From contig NMRA01000130.1 of assembly GCA_002633005.1 (NCBI GenBank), positions 618,082 through 682,081 of the forward strand: DNA of 64,000 nt, given 5' to 3'. This DNA is from Phoronis australis (lineage: Eukaryota; Animalia; Phoronida). Below are positions 37,907 through 64,000 of the stretch, piece by piece (the first letter of the stretch is position 1; each line of letters starts with the position of its first letter). The notes under the pieces were generated by a model. That model was not told the origin of the DNA and ran no database searches. It saw nothing but the letters and a program-made list of their open reading frames with translations. The translations under genes and the position numbers were made by a program.

Positions 37907-40541
37907 TTTTCTTTCCAGCTAATATAAGAACACAAATGACAAAGTATTATTGATGTCTACAGAACACTACAAAATAATTCATCACTAACCAAATGCAGGT
38001 CAAACCGTGGCATAGCACTACACAAAATTGCAAAACACAAAATTAAATATGATAGCGTAACGCCATCCCTGCTTCGACAAATTTTAACAAATCTAAGGAG
38101 AAATGGGCATTTTTTGATTTCCCGTGATGCTTATTTACATGTGGTGCACAAAAATCAAAACCTAAATAATTGTCAATCAGTACGACTGACTAATATATGT
38201 CAACACATTGTCCAGCATGACAGTTCCAAATATTGCTGCTCATTTTAGACTTGCAAAGGATAACTATTCCACAGTGGCTTAAAATTTTTCGGACTTGCCA
38301 ATCACCAGTTTGAAAATTGTCTCTGTTATTCACATATAATAAGCCTTTTGAAATTGACATGCGAAGTCAGTAAAAGTGGTTCGTTGTGAACCCTGCTCTT
38401 AGTCCCAGTTGGACTGTGTAGCTAAAAATAGCTTAACAAAGGGTTTGTGGTCCTGGCTGAGGAGGTGATTGTTTTATTACCCCACTTGGGATTTGAATAT
38501 TCAAGCCCAGATTGTGACAGGACCTAATATATTTGATGAAAAACCAACTGTTATGGCACTCTAGCCAATTATTCGTGTTCAAATAATCGGTTTGAGTGTT
38601 GTAGCTTTTACCTCTTAGAGTAGTAAAAAATTGCGTGAAATATAGTGCACACTTGTGTAATTTCTCAACGGGGCAACTCTGCCGATCAGTTGCTACACTT
38701 TGTGTGCAGTAATTCCTGACTTATTTAGTACACAATATGGCCGACAAGAGAATTTTTTGTTGAACTTCTCTACAAAAATAAAGATTAAGAAAATTTTAGT
38801 CCATCATCAGTTTGGTTTGCCCAGTGTAGATGTCACAAAAACAAAATTAGGAAAATTTCCATTATTTTCAAGAAAGTGTGTAATAGCCATTCACTATTTT
38901 GGAAATTATTTTATCTTATTATAAGTGGAGACTTATGAAATTGGGTATGGACATCTTTCCATAGAATCATTCCACATGTGGACGAATGAGAAACAAACTC
39001 TAAGAAATAAGTACATCTAGTCACAAATACGTGAAATATTGTGAAGCTGCACATCTTTGAACTATTGTCCATGATAACAAAGAAAGCAAAATGAGATCAG
39101 TCATGTCCATGCTTTGTTATTTGCCAGAAACAAAGTTTCACTCCTTTAAAAGGATATCAAACCCAGTTTTGGTCTATCAACAGAAACTAAAAACGACTTT
39201 CCCATCCATTTCTCTGAAACAAAATAATGATCTGAAAACCTCGGCAACCCTCAAAAGTTTGGATGAAAATTTGTAAACTCCTTTCAAAGTCAACTAAATG
39301 AGCAAGCATGACCTATGCTTTTATTGAATTACAAGACAACAGCTTGAAAAGACCATGCAACAATGACCATAATGTCCAATCTGTGACATAGGGAGTATTT
39401 TTTAGTTGATTCCTGCCTTTAACTAGGAAGATTGACTCTAATGATGCATTAGTGGGTGACAGAATGAGGATTGGTTGAAATCATCAAAACAAGGTTTAGT
39501 GGCCTGCTAGGACGGTTATTAACTAGCCTCCTGTCAAAAATAACTCTTCACTAAGGGCACTTGCTCTTACAAAACTGGCTTTCTTTACTCTTACTAGAGG
39601 TGATTGGTGAGCTTGTGAAGAATTGGGAGTTTACTATTGGTCGAGACCAGGGTAATTAAGTTGGCTTATCAACAAGTCTAATTTTTGCGATGAGCGTGGT
39701 CTCATGCATTGTTGAACTGTCCGTTCATCCTTATACCAGAAACCATTCCTCGTATGAGTAATGATTAAGTGGAAAACAATTTTAATGTACATGTCTTTTT
39801 GTGATCCAAATCAAACATTTGTTGCTTTGAAAGTCAAAGGTGGGTTTATGTCTCTTTAAAAACGTGAATATTTTAATTTGTTGCAAGCACCCCCAAGACA
39901 TTTCATTGGCAGATGATACGAGTTGTTTCACCTGAGATCTTGATTTTTCTACCTGACTTCAGATGTTATGATTTTAAAACATCACAAAACAATTTATGTT
40001 CATCTTACACTGAATGTTTTGTAACAATCCGCTGATAAAGAGAAATTTTATAGTGTCTTTAGTGACTTCACAGAATGTTATATGTGTCCTCAAAATTTAT
40101 TCGCCACTGGGAAATGCAGTTCTAAAAATATTTGTCAGTGAAAGAGTCAAATGTTTGGAGTGCAACAGATTTTCTTATCATTCATTTCTGTTGATAATTA
40201 TCAAATATAAACTTGCACTAAAGATTTATTGACTGAGACCAAGGGAATGAAAAGTTTTGAAAATGGTAATTAGACCAAATGTATACGTATTGCTCTGTCT
40301 GCTTACAGCAAAATCTCAGCAATTTAGGACACAATATGGCCGACAAATGAAGTTTTGCTTCTTCATTTTTCATACAAGATGAACAGAACCAATATTTCAG
40401 AAAAATTGTAAGCATTCAGAATTATGTTAGATGTCTGTTGAAGATAAAAAAGACCAAATTTTGGCAATTGTAATTTTAGTCCGAAACTGGTGAGATTTTA
40501 CCATACAAAAGAAATACTTGTAAAATATATTTTTCCTTCAG

Positions 40542-41222
40542 CAACAAGAAGACCAGGAAACAACAGATGATGACAGTGTGTACAGCAGTGAAACAACTGA
40601 AATAATGCAAGCAAATGCGTCAAGTAACGCAAGCGCAACCACAGACAAACTTTCCAGCATCGGTGCAGTGACGAGTCTCTACTCAGAAAATAGCGAGGAG
40701 AAACAAACGGTCAATGTCACAGCACCACATACTCCAGGAGAAACCGATCTCGACACTGTATCGTATACTACACCTGCACCTGATGATGCTAAACTTTGTG
40801 ACATCGAAGAGGTAGAAATTGAAGAAACGGAAGCACCTCAAGCTCAAAAGAAAGGCACGTACATACAATGCCTTTGTTGCTGCTTTCCATACTATCTAAC
40901 GCCAGCGGCTTCCACCAAACTTCGGATTGTCAACGCAGTTTTCCAAATGAGTTTCTACATTGGCGTAGTCACAGCAGCAGTCTGCATTGTTAACTTTGCT
41001 ATAAGCGAATTTCCACTGAACGAGAGCACGTTTGAAACACGAGGGACTCTGACATATTTAGACTGGACTGTCTCTGTGGTTTGCATTGTATGCTGGGTGA
41101 TAGCATACGTTCTGATACCCGTCATGGTCTTCATAACTATGTCAGAAGACGATAAAGAAAATTTTGTAGTTGAGGCCATAAGTGAATCTAAACATAAGAA
41201 TGTTAAAGTGCGTTTGTTCTAA
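40542..41222 (+). CDS. Uncharacterised two-transmembrane protein B (paralog of A); start either in an upstream exon or at ATG 40605
   Basis: Acceptor ttttccttcag at 40541, then an open frame to TAA 41222. Acidic/Thr-rich N-terminus, CLCCCF juxtamembrane cluster, two TM helices, ETRGTLTYLDWTVSVVCI motif. Confidence 0.75.
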   Translation, partial: QQEDQETTDDDSVYSSETTEIMQANASSNASATTDKLSSIGAVTSLYSENSEEKQTVNVTAPHTPGETDLDTVSYTTPAPDDAKLCDIEEVEIEETEAPQAQKKGTYIQCLCCCFPYYLTPAASTKLRIVNAVFQMSFYIGVVTAAVCIVNFAISEFPLNESTFETRGTLTYLDWTVSVVCIVCWVIAYVLIPVMVFITMSEDDKENFVVEAISESKHKNVKVRLF

Positions 41223-41339
41223 GTGGTAACACTTAATTGAATACAGCACGCAGTGAGACATCCATAAAAAGACTTGAAAATGTTTATATCTACACACGCA
41301 AAGCTATCATGATGTTTAGATTTCACCCTTACAAAAGAG

Positions 41340-41730
41340 TGCAGGTGGCCTGATGTCCTTTGCAGTGCAACAGACGTGCAAAGGTCTCGTGGTTGGGCCC
41401 ACGGCACCAATCACCTGAGCTAAAGAATGATAGGACCTCGTTATGGTTCTTCGAGAAGGAAGTTTTCAAGTCTGTCCATCTCCTTTCAGAAAACGGACAG
41501 ACGTTTCTATATGTTGTCATGCACCGTATGTTGTAGGCATGCAACAATGCCATCCAGTAGGTAGTTCCTTAGCCTATAAAATGGTGGGCAAGAGTCTACC
41601 AGTTATTATGGGGTTTCAAGGTCAGTAACACACCCGGGGCACAATACACTCCCTATATGCCCGGTAATGTGTCTGTGTTGGGCTAGGTTACAGTGAACGT
41701 CGAAATTTGAATGACGTGTCTTAAACCCGA
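41340..41730 (+). mobile_element. Degenerate SINE, possibly with a tRNA head plus 5S rRNA-derived segments
   Basis: tggcctgatg (A-box-like), aggtctcgtggttgggccc (decayed B-box region), ccaatcacctgagctaa and ccgtatgttgtaggc resembling 5S segments, gacgtgtcttaaacc tail. Confidence 0.35.
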
Positions 41731-42524
41731 TTTATCAAGACTCAGGTTTTCTTTTTGAGCCTTTAGTTCACTTACTGAGTGCCTGGTTTATCTCGGTGAG
41801 CTTGAATAAAAAGAGTTCCGGTGTCCTTGGATCCTGAGAGCGGAACTTGAATCTGAAACATACAATATCAAAGCGACAAATAAATAAAAACACAAGAGTA
41901 AAAGAATATTTCATGAGCCATGCAAGGAATCTGTCTTGCATGAATGTGCAACACTCATTTTATGTGTTTGGACAACAATGATAGCAGGCTAATATGTTGG
42001 CTTCTCATGGCTGAACAGTTTATGTACCAAGCATAGGCTCACGCAATACCGAATCTATATAGACAGCTCTTTTCAAGCTGTGAAATCTTTTCATCTGAGT
42101 AAGGATCAAAATTGAGTCCAAAATTAAACAGTCTCTCCATGTAACATGTTCTGTTCGAACATTTTCCAGTCATACGTGAGTTTTGGCATGTGAGATTTGC
42201 AAGTAAATTTGAATTCTGGCAAAAGTTCTGATCAACATATTACCTGTGCCACAAGACCGTCCACATAATTTTCCTTTGAGCCCAGGTCAATCCATCGCGA
42301 CCTCACAGGTTCGCCCAGGTGTGACAAAGCAGGTGGATATTTGAGTAGAAGTTCAATAGACTTTCTGTAGTATTCTGCTTGGACAAAGTTACCTAAAGAC
42401 AATTTGAAAAACATTGAATTCTCCCTTTGCTGATGAATATTAATAACTGTTGAAACATTAAAAGAAAATAAGAAATACTAAAACAATTAATTGTGAGAAG
42501 AATGTAGACAACAATCAAGCAATA

Positions 42525-42595
42525 GCCTCTTGGCCGAACAGTTTAGATGCTTGACCGTCGCTCATGCAACCTGGGTTCAAGTCCCAACGGAGACA
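42525..42595 (+). pseudogene. tRNA-derived relic / SINE head
   Basis: A box TGGCCGAACAG at 42531 and B box GGTTCAAGTCC at 42574-42584. Acceptor stem has mismatches, so unlikely to be a functional tRNA. Confidence 0.55.
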
Positions 42596-43517
42596 ATGAA
42601 ATTTTCTACATTAGTGTTGTGAAACGTGACTTCTGGGTTAATCCCCATGTTCAGCTTGACTCCCAACCCCAAAATTTCCACTTTTAAACATCAGTGCTTG
42701 GCTTAGCCCACACCTCAATTTATTCCACACAGGCTTTCTTAAGCATTTTAGCTCTAAGAACTCGCACAACTCGCTTATATCCATAAGTAACGAACAGTCA
42801 GTTTATATGACACTTTTCCAAATTTAAGTGAACATTTATATTTAGAATCACTTTTTCCTGAAGGAGATGTGAAAGTGTTTTAACACTGGATGCGCCAGAA
42901 GATGTCGTCACACACGATACAGGAATATTTGTTCGAGTTGTAAGACTTGTAAGGAATTCAAGACATCGACAGTCCTAGTAAAAGATGTTCCTCGATGTGC
43001 AAAAGGTAATTATAGCAACGTGACTTTGATGGTTTAATCAATGCAAGGCATAATTCGCCGAAAAGATTCCGGCGTGTGAAGCGCCTATGCCTAGGCAAAG
43101 CCTATGGAAGCCTCTTGAGAATGGATCGAGTGGCAGTGGCCCTGCCTAGTGAGCCGGCCTAGCGACTCCAAATAAAAATTCAGCGTTTAAAATCAATTGA
43201 AATGACATAAATTACGTTGAATTTTCCAAGTGAAGTATGTTCCACCTCCAATAGCCAGAAAGCCACAAGCAACAGCAGTAACATACAAATATCGCATAAT
43301 AATTTACGTTAACAGGTGAGTTTATATGGGCGCTGACATATTGAATGTTGCACTGTAGTTTGTTTTTAAAACAATAAATGTAAGATTTGAATATTCAGTT
43401 TGTTTATTTCCTCAAAAATGGTTATTTTTTTAGTCATTATCAAACAATTTTTGATAGTAAAATTGATTATTGAGCTTTGAAAAAATTCTCGTTAACGACA
43501 GCAAGTACGTGATTTAA

Positions 43518-43531
43518 GCTTTCATAGCAAC
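43518..43531 (+). promoter_or_regulatory. RFX X-box in the DNAH7 promoter (with nearby forkhead-type, CCAAT and YY1-like sites)
   Basis: GCTTTCATAGCAAC fits the X-box consensus ~185 bp upstream of the ATG. TGTTTAT at ~43401, TGTTTGC at ~43640, TGATTGG at 43571, CGCCATATT at ~43545. Confidence 0.65.
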
Positions 43532-43703
43532 GCGCAGCAACGTCCGCCATATTGCGATATTTTGCAAAGCTGATTGGGAACTTTAACAGGCAACTTTGCA
43601 CAACTTCGGCGTAAATTATTAATTAAATATCGTATTTTTTGTTTGCTTCAAGAAAAGTGGGATCTTCGCTCTTAAGCTCTCAAATGTTTAAAAATACTTG
43701 GTG

Positions 43704-64000
<20,297 letters not shown>

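Noticed and set aside
42525-42595. Functional tRNA gene
   Set aside because: A and B boxes are present, but acceptor and anticodon stems pair poorly and no T-run terminator follows directly
43466-43550. Minus-strand ATGGCGGAC ORF diverging from DNAH7
   Set aside because: Only 27 codons with no strong donor. The motif is better explained as a YY1-like promoter element overlapping the X-box region.

Overview
AT-rich, intron-rich animal genomic DNA, probably from a heterozygous marine invertebrate (species not determinable here), in a draft assembly with gaps. Two conserved spliced genes on the + strand can be rebuilt exon by exon. The first is RUNDC3 (RUN-domain/RPIP8-like; 10 coding exons, 14955-27045, about 549 aa). 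The second is the 5' part of axonemal dynein heavy chain DNAH7 (23 exons from 43704 to the window end, reaching the AAA1 P-loop), with an RFX X-box promoter. Between them is an island of genes with uninterrupted reading frames. It contains a minus-strand signal peptide + QPD C-type lectin + 7xTSP1 + PAN/Apple + GPI-like-tail gene, packed head-to-head against a two-transmembrane orphan gene. That orphan has a diverged paralog about 5 kb downstream sharing a 'TRG-x4-LDW-x5-CI' motif. This island is the most interesting feature. The first 13.4 kb probably holds the 5' exons and introns of an unidentified minus-strand gene that shares a promoter with RUNDC3. The rest is MITEs, SINE/LINE remnants, minisatellites and two duplications flanking single-N gaps that look like uncollapsed haplotypes. 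Homology calls come from recalled sequences; no searches were run.
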